DNA of 64,000 nucleotides from positions 190,895 through 254,894 of the forward strand of contig JANLVI010000007.1 in assembly GCA_031363915.1 (NCBI GenBank), given 5' to 3'. Shown here piece after piece: positions 45,676 to 54,480 of the stretch (position 1 is its first letter; every line of letters starts with the position of its first letter). The notes beneath the pieces are model-generated. The model was given only the letters and a program-made list of their open reading frames with translations. It was not told the DNA's origin and did no database searches. Position numbers and translations under genes: made by a program. The DNA is from Vulcanimicrobiota bacterium (lineage in GTDB: Bacteria > Vulcanimicrobiota > Vulcanimicrobiia > Vulcanimicrobiales > Vulcanimicrobiaceae).

Positions 45676-46630
45676 AATTCTGATCGTGCGCACCGATGGC
45701 ATCGGTGATGCACTGGTCCTTGCGCCACTGATCGCGGCGCTGCGCGCCGCGGGGAAGACGCTCGGGATCGTCCTCTCGACGCGTAACGCCGAGATCTTCG
45801 CGCCGGGCACGTTTGCCGACGTGCACGTCCTCGAACGCACTCCGTGGCCGAAGCACGGATCGACCGGCAAGTCGCTCGCACGCGTCACGCGCGAAGTACG
45901 CGACGCCGGGTACGATTCAGCCCTCATCGCATCGGAAGAGCCCGAAGCCTACACCCTCGCGCGCCGCGCGCTCATCCCCGAGCGCGTCGGGTTCTGGAAC
46001 GCATGGCAGAAGCCGCTCAAGTCGCTGTGGGTGCGCACGCAGTGCACGCGCGTGATTTGCCGCGGCGCATCGCTCGGCGATGAACCGCAGCACGAAGCTG
46101 AGATCGTCTATAAGCTCGGCGCAGATTGCGTGAGCGAGCCGCCGCCGGTCGATGTGTTGCGTCTGCGCGACGTCATCGTCGGTGAGGCTGCAGTCTTTGC
46201 GGGTCCGCCCGTGTTGCAGCTTTCGCCGAAGTGGCGCGCGTGGGGGATCGCCGACGATGCATTTGTCGCACTCGTGCGCGGCCTCGTTGCGCGGGGCGTG
46301 AAGCTCGTCGGGACGCCCGAAGATCTGCTCGCGAGTGCCGTGCCCGCGGATCTTGAGGTCGCGTGTTTCGATTCGCTCGCGCCTTGGAAGTCGGCGATCG
46401 CAAGCGCCAGTGCCGTCATCACGCCCGATAGCGGCGCCGCGCATCTTGCCGGTATGCTCGGCGTTCCGGTGATCGTCTGGTTTCCCGCCGACGGCTACGA
46501 CGCACTCGTGCGTCGCTGGCGTCCATGGATCGCCCCGTATCGCGCGCTGCACGCGCGCGCCGATGAAACGGTCGATGCGCTGATCGCGCGCATCACCGGA
46601 TCGCTCGACGCGCTCGTTCCCGCGGCCTGA
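45638..46630 (+). CDS. Family 9 glycosyltransferase (ADP-heptose:LPS heptosyltransferase-like)
   Basis: KILIVRTDGIGDALVLAPLIAALR N-terminus and the C-terminal ITPDSGAAHLAGMLGVPVIV block typical of GT9. Confidence 0.8.
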   Translation: MPTNSPTRLNANKILIVRTDGIGDALVLAPLIAALRAAGKTLGIVLSTRNAEIFAPGTFADVHVLERTPWPKHGSTGKSLARVTREVRDAGYDSALIASEEPEAYTLARRALIPERVGFWNAWQKPLKSLWVRTQCTRVICRGASLGDEPQHEAEIVYKLGADCVSEPPPVDVLRLRDVIVGEAAVFAGPPVLQLSPKWRAWGIADDAFVALVRGLVARGVKLVGTPEDLLASAVPADLEVACFDSLAPWKSAIASASAVITPDSGAAHLAGMLGVPVIVWFPADGYDALVRRWRPWIAPYRALHARADETVDALIARITGSLDALVPAA

Positions 46631-47634
46631 TGCGTGCGCTGATCGTAGCTGCCGGCGGGGGACTCGGCGATACACTGCTCGCCTCACCGCTTGCCCGCGC
46701 GTTGCGCGCGCGCTATGAAGAAGTCGATGCCGTCGTACTGCCCGCACACCGCGCGCTTGCCGAACGCACCGGTGCGTTCGATGAAATATTTGATGATTCG
46801 CCGCTGCGACCGACGCTCGTGCGTCATCTGCGCAAGCAGAACTACGACGCCGCGGTCGTCACGTGGGCGACGCTGCATACCGCGACGATCCCGTTTGCCG
46901 CGGGTATCCCGGTTCGCGTCGGTCAAGCGCGGCGGCTCTATTCTCCGCTCTTCACGCACCGCGTGAACGTGCGCAGCGAAACGGGCGATCGCGCCACGCA
47001 CTGGACGCAGATCTTACTCGATTACACGCGTGCGCTCGAGTGCGATCTTGCCGATGCAACGCCGACCGTTTTGCCGACGGCAGCTGATGAAGCGCAAGCA
47101 CAAAAAGTGCGGACATCGAGCGGTGTCGAAGGCGCCTACGCGCTCCTTCACGCGACGCGCGGACTCTCGCACGCGCGCGAACGTTGGCCGACGAGCGGTC
47201 TTGCCGCGCTCTCGCGGTCGCTGCGCGCGCGCTACGGAATTCCGCTGCTGGTGAGCGGCGGCGTCGGGGACGTCGGCATTGCGGCGCGCGTTGCCGCCGA
47301 CGGCGATGCGATCTCGATCGCCGGGACGACTGGGATTGGAGCCTTTGCCGCGCTCGCGCGCGACGCGCGATTCGTCGTCGCGATGGATTCGGGACCGATG
47401 CACGTCGCAGCAGCCATGGGTGTACCGACGGTGGGGCTCTTCGTCTTGCAGTCGGACGAACCGGATCGCTGGGCACCGCTGGGTCGGCATACGGCCGTCG
47501 TGCGCGCGACCTATCCGTGCCCGGCCGAGCATCGAAAAGAGACCTGCCCGGATTTCCCGTGCGTGCGTGAGATCGACGTCGCCGCCGTCCTGCGAGCGCT
47601 CGACGGGTTGCCCGTGTCCCTGCGCGAAGCTTAA
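46630..47634 (+). CDS. Family 9 glycosyltransferase (heptosyltransferase-like), second copy
   Basis: RALIVAAGGGLGDTLLASPLARAL and VAMDSGPMHVAAAMGVPTVGLF. The start overlaps the previous stop by 1 nt. Confidence 0.8.
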   Translation: MRALIVAAGGGLGDTLLASPLARALRARYEEVDAVVLPAHRALAERTGAFDEIFDDSPLRPTLVRHLRKQNYDAAVVTWATLHTATIPFAAGIPVRVGQARRLYSPLFTHRVNVRSETGDRATHWTQILLDYTRALECDLADATPTVLPTAADEAQAQKVRTSSGVEGAYALLHATRGLSHARERWPTSGLAALSRSLRARYGIPLLVSGGVGDVGIAARVAADGDAISIAGTTGIGAFAALARDARFVVAMDSGPMHVAAAMGVPTVGLFVLQSDEPDRWAPLGRHTAVVRATYPCPAEHRKETCPDFPCVREIDVAAVLRALDGLPVSLREA

Positions 47635-47639
47635 CGGCT

Positions 47640-47990
47640 GTGAAGAGCAGCTCCAAAACGATCGACTACGACACCTTCGCATCGGTCGACATCCGCGTCG
47701 GTACGGTCGTCCGCGCGCAGCCGCTCGAAGGCGCGCGTAATCCCGCGATCAAGCTCGAGATCGACTTCGGTCCGGAAGTCGGCAAGAAGTGGTCGAGCGC
47801 GCAGATTACGGTGCATTACACGACCGAGACGCTGACGGGAAAACGGGTGTGTGCGGTCGTGAACTTCGCACCCAAACGGATCGCCGGTTTCGAATCGCAG
47901 GTGCTCGTGCTCGGCTTTGCCGATGCCGTTGGAGCAGTCGTGCTCATCGCGCCCGACCACGATGTCGCAAACGGCGCTCGACTCTACTAA
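47640..47990 (+). CDS. csaA: CsaA-type tRNA-binding-domain chaperone
   Basis: 116 aa with a Myf/EMAP-like OB fold: IDYDTFASVDIRVGTVVRAQPLEGARNPAIKLEIDFG...VCAVVNFAPKRIAGFESQVLVLG. Confidence 0.8.
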   Translation: MKSSSKTIDYDTFASVDIRVGTVVRAQPLEGARNPAIKLEIDFGPEVGKKWSSAQITVHYTTETLTGKRVCAVVNFAPKRIAGFESQVLVLGFADAVGAVVLIAPDHDVANGARLY

Positions 47991-47993
47991 GCG

Positions 47994-48896
47994 ATGCGTC
48001 TGACGATTCAGCTCTGCACCTACAAACGCGCTCATCTGCTCGGACGCGTGCTCGATGCGTGCTTCGAGCAAACCGCGCCGAGCGACGCCTACGAAGTCGT
48101 GCTCGTCAACGACGGGTCGCCCGACGATACGCCTGCCGTGATCGACGCGGCACGTGCGCGCGCGACCTGTGCGTTTACCGTCATCAATCAAGAAAACAGC
48201 GGGCTTGCCAAAGGGCGCAACGCCGGCATCCGTGCCGCGCACGGCGAGCGCATCATCTTTACCGACGACGACGTCTTGCCGACGCCGCGTTTCGTCGAAG
48301 AACATCTGCGTTCGGACGCGCGCGACGGCGACGTAATCGTACGCGGGGCCGTTATCAATACCGAAAACTTCGACGTGCTTCCGCCACCGATCTGGACACC
48401 TGCAAATTATAGCGGTAACTACTTCTGGACGAGCAACGTTTCGCTGCGCCGTTCGCGTCTGGATGCGGTCGGCACGTTCTTCGATGAATCGTTCACCGAA
48501 TACGGGTGGGAAGATATCGAGCTCGGCATGCGGTTGCGTGCGACCGGGACGCGCGGCGTTTTCAATAAAGACGCACTCGCGTTCCATTTCAAGCCCCCTC
48601 CCAAAGGAACGAGCGTCGCGGGGATGGTGCGACAAGCGCGCGCGCAAGCGCGGACGGCCGTTCAGCTTGCCGAACGGCACCCGCACTGGCGCGTGCATCT
48701 CGCGACCGGCGATACCGCGCCGCAGCGCACGCTGTTCCGGCTTTTGCACAACGTCGGATTTGCGGAGCGGCTCGCTCCGCTCATCGGCGAAGATGCAGCC
48801 GAGCTGAAGCTCTCGCTGCCGCAACGCGTCGCCGCGCAAGCGATCGTGGCCGACGCCTATTACGAAGAACTCGAACGCGCGAAACACGCGCGCTGA
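47994..48896 (+). CDS. Family 2 glycosyltransferase, second copy
   Basis: RLTIQLCTYKRAHLLGRVLDACFEQ, VVLVNDGSPDDT and FTDDD. Confidence 0.85.
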   Translation: MRLTIQLCTYKRAHLLGRVLDACFEQTAPSDAYEVVLVNDGSPDDTPAVIDAARARATCAFTVINQENSGLAKGRNAGIRAAHGERIIFTDDDVLPTPRFVEEHLRSDARDGDVIVRGAVINTENFDVLPPPIWTPANYSGNYFWTSNVSLRRSRLDAVGTFFDESFTEYGWEDIELGMRLRATGTRGVFNKDALAFHFKPPPKGTSVAGMVRQARAQARTAVQLAERHPHWRVHLATGDTAPQRTLFRLLHNVGFAERLAPLIGEDAAELKLSLPQRVAAQAIVADAYYEELERAKHAR

Positions 48897-49876
48897 TGCG
48901 CATCCTGCTCTCGCGGACCGATCGCGTCGGTGACTTAATTCTCACGACGCCGACGATCGCAACGATTCGCCGCACTTTTCCCGAAGCGCACATCACGATG
49001 GTGTGCTCGCGCTATAACAGCATCGTGATGGATCGCAACCCCGACGTCGATGCGATCGTGAAGCTGCCCTCTGAGATCGAGCCCGAAGTCTTCGGCCGCC
49101 GGTTTCTCGGCAAAGTCGATCTTGCGATCGCCCTTGCGCCGCGCTCCATCGACATGCGCGTCGTCGGCGCGACGCGCGCGCCACGTCGTGTGGGCTATAC
49201 GTATGTGCGCCGCTATCTCATGCGGCTGACGGCGCGCCGTTGGCTGACGGATCTGTTGATTTCCGAGGCCGATCCCGAAGGTTCGGATCGCGATCCGAGT
49301 TTAACCGTGCGGCACGAAGTCGATCAAGTGCTCGCGCTCGCAACGGCGGTCGGCGCAAAAGAACTCGTGCACGCGCTGGTCGTTCCGGTAGGCCCGATCG
49401 AACGTGCGAACGCCGAGCGGCTGCCGCTGGGTTCGATCACCGTTCAGCTCGGTAAGCGCTGGATGGAGACGGGGAGTACGATCGCAAGCACCCTCGAACT
49501 ATTTCGCGATTTGCGGTCGCTCGGTCGGCCGCTCGTCGCGACATACGCGGATGACGGTCGAGCTCTTGCGCTCGCCGTCAGCGACTCGGGGCTCGCGGAC
49601 CGCGTGATCGGGGAACTCGGTTTTCTCGACTGGGCGGCGGCGCTCGAACGGGCGGCTGTCGTGGTCACGGTCGACACGGGTGCGACGCATGTGGCAAGTG
49701 CGATGTGCCGCCCGACCGTTGTGCTCTTCGAATATAAGTACTTCCGCCTCAACTCGCAAGAATGGTCGCCGTATCGGGTGCCGAACGCCGTCCTGCGCAA
49801 ACCGCGCACCGATGCGCCCGATGCTCTCGCGGCATCGCGAGCCGAAATCGTCGATGCGGTACGCAGTCTTTTATGA
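48896..49876 (+). CDS. Family 9 glycosyltransferase (heptosyltransferase-like), third copy
   Basis: RILLSRTDRVGDLILTTPTIATIR and VTVDTGATHVASAMCRPTVVLF. Confidence 0.8.
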   Translation: MRILLSRTDRVGDLILTTPTIATIRRTFPEAHITMVCSRYNSIVMDRNPDVDAIVKLPSEIEPEVFGRRFLGKVDLAIALAPRSIDMRVVGATRAPRRVGYTYVRRYLMRLTARRWLTDLLISEADPEGSDRDPSLTVRHEVDQVLALATAVGAKELVHALVVPVGPIERANAERLPLGSITVQLGKRWMETGSTIASTLELFRDLRSLGRPLVATYADDGRALALAVSDSGLADRVIGELGFLDWAAALERAAVVVTVDTGATHVASAMCRPTVVLFEYKYFRLNSQEWSPYRVPNAVLRKPRTDAPDALAASRAEIVDAVRSLL

Positions 49877-50769
49877 ACGAACCGTTGATTTCCGTCGTCA
49901 TCCCCACCTACAACCGTCTCGATCGGTTGCGCTACGTCATCCCCGCGCTGTGCGCGCAGGATCTCGGGCCGATGCACTTCGAAGTGATCGTCGCCGACTC
50001 GAATTCGAACGACGGGACGGCCGAGTATCTCGCTGCAATCGCGCGCGAATATCCCAACGTACGCCACGCGCCGGGGCCGTGGACCGGGCGCGCAATGGCA
50101 CGGAACGCCGGGATCGAGGCGGCGCAGGCGCCGCTCGTGCTCTTCACCGACGCCGACATCATCGCATCGCCGGACCTCCTCTCGCTTCACCTCGCTCGTC
50201 ACTCGGACGGGCTTCCCAAAGCCGTCGTCGGCTGGGAAGTGCAAGTCAATTCGTACGACGACTATCTGCGCAAGAAGAGCAATCCGACGCTGCGCGGTTC
50301 GCTGCATCCGGCGTCGCGCAAGCACCTCGATTGGCTCTACTTCATGACCGGCAACGCGTCTGTGCGGCGGACCGATCTCAATCGCCTGGGCCGCTTCGAT
50401 GAAGACTTCACCGGCTACGGTCACGAAGATTTGGAGCTTGGCTATCGTATCCGTCGAGCGGGTCTGCCGATCGAATACGCGCGCGAAGCGGTGAACTACC
50501 ACTGGCATCCCGTGCCGTACGACGAACAGCAAGGCCGCATGGAACTCGCGGGCCGCTCGACCGTGCGATTCTGGCGAAAACATTCGACTTTCGGCGTGCA
50601 GGCGAAACTCGGCATGACCCGGCTCTCACTCGCGCTGCACGATTTGGTCGACGGCAGCGAACCGCTCAAAGCATGGATCGAACGCGGTGCGCCCGGCGGC
50701 GGACTTCCGCGCGCGCTCTCGTTTCAGTATCACTATCTCACCGGAGTAAAGGCAGCCCTTCGTGACTAA
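49873..50769 (+). CDS. Family 2 glycosyltransferase, third copy
   Basis: ATGA overlap with the previous stop. PLISVVIPTYNRLDRLRYVIPAL, VIVADSNSNDGT and FTDAD. Confidence 0.85.
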   Translation: MNEPLISVVIPTYNRLDRLRYVIPALCAQDLGPMHFEVIVADSNSNDGTAEYLAAIAREYPNVRHAPGPWTGRAMARNAGIEAAQAPLVLFTDADIIASPDLLSLHLARHSDGLPKAVVGWEVQVNSYDDYLRKKSNPTLRGSLHPASRKHLDWLYFMTGNASVRRTDLNRLGRFDEDFTGYGHEDLELGYRIRRAGLPIEYAREAVNYHWHPVPYDEQQGRMELAGRSTVRFWRKHSTFGVQAKLGMTRLSLALHDLVDGSEPLKAWIERGAPGGGLPRALSFQYHYLTGVKAALRD

Positions 50770-52540
50770 ACGCGTTTCCTGCGGCGCACTTCGCGCATCC
50801 GACGTGCAGAGCTCGATCGATGTCCGCGGCTGGGTGAATCGTCGTCGCGATCACGGCGGGCTGATCTTCATCGACGTTCGCGACCGCGACGGCATCACGC
50901 AACTAACATTCGATCCGCAGAACGCGGCGACGTTCGCGATCGCCGAGACGCTGCGTCCCGAAGACGTCATCGGCGCGATCGGCGTCGTGCGCGCGCGCCC
51001 GGACGGCACGACGAATCCCAAACTCGGCACGGGTGATATCGAAGTCGGCGTCGAGACGCTCGAGATTCTCAACCGCTCGCTGACGCCGCCGTTCGTCGTC
51101 GCCAACGACGATGACGTCGATGAATCGATCCGCCTGCGGTACCGGTATCTCGATTTGCGCCGTACGCGCATGCAGCATAACCTTACCGTGCGGCACAAAA
51201 TCACCAAAGCCATGCGCGACTATTTCGACGAGCACGGCTTTCTCGAGATCGAAACACCGGTCCTCATCAAGTCGACGCCCGAAGGTGCGCGCGACTACCT
51301 CGTGCCGAGCCGCATCTATCCCGGCAATTTTTATGCGTTGCCGCAGTCGCCGCAGCTGCTCAAACAGATCCTGATGATCGGTGGCCTCGGCCGTTACATG
51401 CAGATCGCGCGCTGCTTCCGCGATGAAGATCCGCGCGCCGACCGGCAGCCCGAATTCACGCAGCTTGACGTGGAGATGACCTTCGTCGAAGAAGAAGACG
51501 TGCTACAGATGATGGAAGGCTGCGTCGCGCGCGTTTGGAAGCAGGCGCTGGGGATCGAAATCGCCCAGCCGATCCTGCGGCTCGCGCACGTCGATGCGAT
51601 GCGGCGTTTCGGCAACGATAAGCCCGACATGCGTTTCGGGCTCGAACTCGCCGACGTCGCGCCGGCTTTTGTCAATACCGAGATCAAGTTTTTGGCACCG
51701 CACGCTGCGAGCGTTGCGAGCCGCATCGTTGCCGTGCGTTACCCCGGCGGCGCGTCGCTTTCGCGGCGCGATTTCGACGAGCTTACCGAACTTGCGAAGA
51801 GTTTCGGTGCGGGCGGGCTGATCTGGCTCTCGCTTGCCGTAGACGGCTGGAAGTCATCGATTCAGAAGTTGCTCAGCGATGATGTCGTCGCGAACATTCA
51901 AAAAATTTCCGGCGCCGAAACCGGTGACGCGCTGCTCATCGTTGCCGATAAAAAGGACGGCGCGACGAACGTCGCCGGCCGCTTGCGCTCGGCGATCGGC
52001 GACCGTTTGGGCCTGACGGATCCCGCGCAGTTTGCGTTTTGTTGGGTCTTGAATTTTCCGCTCTTCGAGCAGGATCCCGAGACCGGTGAGATCGCCTCCT
52101 CGCACCACCCGTTCACGGCGCCGGGCCCCGGCGAGTGGGATCTCATCGACACCGATAAGCTCGCGATGCGCGCGCAGCATTACGATCTAGTGCTCAACGG
52201 CTACGAACTTGGGTCGGGCTCGATCCGCATTCACAAGCCCGAGTTTCAGCGCAAAATCTTCCGCGGACTCGGCCTCACCGACGAGGAAATCGCCGACCGC
52301 TTCGGTTTCTTCATGGAAGCCCTCGAATTCGGCGCCCCGCCGCACGGCGGGATGGCCTTGGGGCTCGACCGTATCGCGATGCTCGCTTGCGGCGAGACGA
52401 GTATCCGCGATGTGATCGCATTTCCGAAGAATCAGACGGCGCGCGATCTCATGATGGAGGCGCCGAGTTCCGTGCCGCCCGCATCGCTCCGCGATCTCGG
52501 ATTGACCGTCAAGGCCGCGCCGACGCCGCCTACTTTCTAA
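50762..52540 (+). CDS. aspS: Aspartate--tRNA ligase
   Basis: 592 aa. N-terminal OB fold, class II motifs (FRDE, GGLGRYMQIARCFRDED ... GSIR) and a GAD insertion. Confidence 0.95.
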   Translation: MTKRVSCGALRASDVQSSIDVRGWVNRRRDHGGLIFIDVRDRDGITQLTFDPQNAATFAIAETLRPEDVIGAIGVVRARPDGTTNPKLGTGDIEVGVETLEILNRSLTPPFVVANDDDVDESIRLRYRYLDLRRTRMQHNLTVRHKITKAMRDYFDEHGFLEIETPVLIKSTPEGARDYLVPSRIYPGNFYALPQSPQLLKQILMIGGLGRYMQIARCFRDEDPRADRQPEFTQLDVEMTFVEEEDVLQMMEGCVARVWKQALGIEIAQPILRLAHVDAMRRFGNDKPDMRFGLELADVAPAFVNTEIKFLAPHAASVASRIVAVRYPGGASLSRRDFDELTELAKSFGAGGLIWLSLAVDGWKSSIQKLLSDDVVANIQKISGAETGDALLIVADKKDGATNVAGRLRSAIGDRLGLTDPAQFAFCWVLNFPLFEQDPETGEIASSHHPFTAPGPGEWDLIDTDKLAMRAQHYDLVLNGYELGSGSIRIHKPEFQRKIFRGLGLTDEEIADRFGFFMEALEFGAPPHGGMALGLDRIAMLACGETSIRDVIAFPKNQTARDLMMEAPSSVPPASLRDLGLTVKAAPTPPTF

Positions 52541-52545
52541 GGGAC

Positions 52546-52740
52546 TTAACCCCACCTCTGCGGGCGCGTCTCGCGGAAGAGCATCTTCTTGTTGAGTTCG
52601 CGCAGCGCGTCGATCGATTTGCGATGCTCCTCGGAACGCGAAAACTTGCTTGCGGCGCGGATCGATGCATCGAGGCTCCGTTCGCGGGCCGCATAGACCA
52701 GGAACGCTGCGTAATCTTTATCGTCGAATTGCTGTTTCAT
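52546..52740 (-). CDS. Possible small basic protein (64 aa), hypothetical
   Basis: MKQQFDDKDYAAFLVYAARERSLDASIRAASKFSRSEEHRKSIDALRELNKKMLFRETRPQRWG. It lies in a slightly AT-richer gap between aspS and udg, on the same strand as udg. Weak Shine-Dalgarno. Confidence 0.3.
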   Translation of the reverse strand: MKQQFDDKDYAAFLVYAARERSLDASIRAASKFSRSEEHRKSIDALRELNKKMLFRETRPQRWG

Positions 52741-52773
52741 GACCTCACGGGGTGTACCCAACGCAACTTTGCA

Positions 52774-53553
52774 TTAACCGTGTCGGAGCTCACTCGCACG
52801 CAGAAAAATCTCATCGAGCATCCGCTCGGTGAGAACGCCGGTATTCGTGTTTTGCAGTGAAGGATGGTACGACGCTAAACGCACGATCGCTCGACCGTCG
52901 TGCAAACGGTAACGCGTCTCGGCTCCGTGAGCGAATTTTTTAGGTGACTCGATCGCTTCGGCTCCGACGGATCGAAGCAATAAGGCGACCGTGTCATCGC
53001 CGATCCGTCCCAACGTCACGATCACCGAAACCCCTTGCAGCGCGAGAAATTCGCGCTGCAAATATGGAAAGCAGTTCGCTTTTTGCTGTCGTGTGGGTTT
53101 GTTCGCGGGCGGCGCGCAACGGATCGCCGCCGTGATGAACGCGTCGAAGAGTTCGAGCCCGTCGTCGACCGAGCTTGCGTGTGGTGAGGATGCGAATCCC
53201 GCGCGGTGCAGTGCGCGGTAGAGCCACGCCCCCGAGCCGTCACCGGTGAACATGCGACCGGTCCGGTTCGAGCCGTGCGCGCCGGGCGCAAGACCGACCA
53301 GGAGCACGCGCGCTTTCGGATCGCCAAAACCCGGCACCGGTGCACCGTGATAGTGCGAGTTGCAGTATGCCCGCTTGCGCACGCGTGCGATTTCGGCGGT
53401 GTACGCGCGCAGTTCGGGGCAGCGCGTGCAGCCGGATAGTTCACTTGTGATGAGGTCGATCGTGTCGATGGCGACGTCCGTTGGCGAGGGGCGGGGAAGC
53501 GGCTCGCTCTCATCGGAGGAGAGCGGCGTGAGCGGTATCGATCGGCGCGGCAT
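52774..53553 (-). CDS. Uracil-DNA glycosylase, family 5 (UdgB-like, 4Fe-4S)
   Basis: CTRCPEL...C cluster ligands and motif A GLAPGAHGSNRTGRMFTGDGSG, which has Leu in place of the family-4 catalytic Glu (family-5 signature). Long Pro/Ser-rich N-terminal extension; the start is uncertain. Confidence 0.75.
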   Translation of the reverse strand: MPRRSIPLTPLSSDESEPLPRPSPTDVAIDTIDLITSELSGCTRCPELRAYTAEIARVRKRAYCNSHYHGAPVPGFGDPKARVLLVGLAPGAHGSNRTGRMFTGDGSGAWLYRALHRAGFASSPHASSVDDGLELFDAFITAAIRCAPPANKPTRQQKANCFPYLQREFLALQGVSVIVTLGRIGDDTVALLLRSVGAEAIESPKKFAHGAETRYRLHDGRAIVRLASYHPSLQNTNTGVLTERMLDEIFLRASELRHG

Positions 53554-53946
53554 GGCCCTCCTCTCTCTCGCCCACGTCTTCGACGACATCAATCAAAGTT
53601 TTCTGCCGACGCTCTTACCATTTCTCGCGCTATTCGAACTACGTCTCCGGCGATAAGAAGGCAACCGGGATGAGCTTCTTTGCAGTCGGCGGCAATGTGG
53701 GCTTCGCACTCGGTCCGATCGTCGCGACGCCCATTGCTACTCGCGTTCGGCCCCGCGGGGACGATGTTCGCGCTGATCCCGGCGGCAATTTTAGTCGTCG
53801 TGCTCTTCGTCGAACTACCGCGGATGCGAACGTTCGCACCGGCGACAATGTGGGCGAACGTCGTGTTGATCGGCATCGCGGGCGTGCTTGCAATCGTGCT
53901 TGGCCTTGTCTCGCAGCGCGCGAATCGAGCGGCTTTCGCCGGTTAA
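53552..53946 (+). pseudogene. Remnant of an MFS transporter (AraJ/YdhP-like N-terminus) with two or more frameshifts, truncated after about four TM segments
   Basis: Frame a: MALLSLAHVFDDINQSFLPTLLPFLA (compare the MFS TM1 motif ..TEFVIMGLLP). Frame b: GMSFFAVGGNVGFALGPIVATPIATRVR. Frame c: RRPLLLAFGPAGTMFALIPAAILVVVLFVELPRMRT...VLIGIAGVLAIVLGLV. Only about 400 nt remain before the convergent trmL. Confidence 0.4.
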
Positions 53947-53961
53947 CGGCATCGCGCGGGA

Positions 53962-54480
53962 TCATAACAGGTTTGGAAACCCCAGTGAGGCGAGTGCGTC
54001 GTAGACGACGACGCCCACGGACGTCGAGAGGTTGAGACTGCGCACGCTCTGCGCACGCATCGGAATACGGATCGCGCGCCGGGGATGTTTTGCGATGAGT
54101 TCGGCTGGGAGCCCGGCGGTCTCTTTCCCGAACACGATCGCATCGCCGCGGCGGTACGGCACGCCGTGATACGAATTCGTTGCCGTGGTTTCGACGAACC
54201 AACAGCGTTCGGGTGCGAAGGCTTCGAAAAATGCCTCGAGCGACGGATGCACGACGACATCGATCTGATGCCAGTAGTCGAGCCCGGCGCGTTTGAGCGC
54301 GCGATCGTCGATCGAGAAGCCGAGCGGCTCGACTAAATGCAGCGCGCAGCCGGTCGCGGCGCACAGGCGCGCGACGTTGCCGGTATTTGGCGGAATCAAC
54401 GGTTCGACGAGGACGACGTGCAGCGGCACGTCGCGCAGCGCATCGGTGCGCGCGAGACGATCTGCCGGCTGCGCGGTCAT
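53962..54480 (-). CDS. trmL: tRNA (cytidine/uridine-2'-O)-methyltransferase, SpoU/TrmL family
   Basis: ATG at 54480 (Met-27 of the track ORF). LHVVLVEPLIPPNTGNVARLCAATGCALHLVEPLGF closely matches the TrmL SPOUT core. Confidence 0.85.
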   Translation of the reverse strand: MTAQPADRLARTDALRDVPLHVVLVEPLIPPNTGNVARLCAATGCALHLVEPLGFSIDDRALKRAGLDYWHQIDVVVHPSLEAFFEAFAPERCWFVETTATNSYHGVPYRRGDAIVFGKETAGLPAELIAKHPRRAIRIPMRAQSVRSLNLSTSVGVVVYDALASLGFPNLL

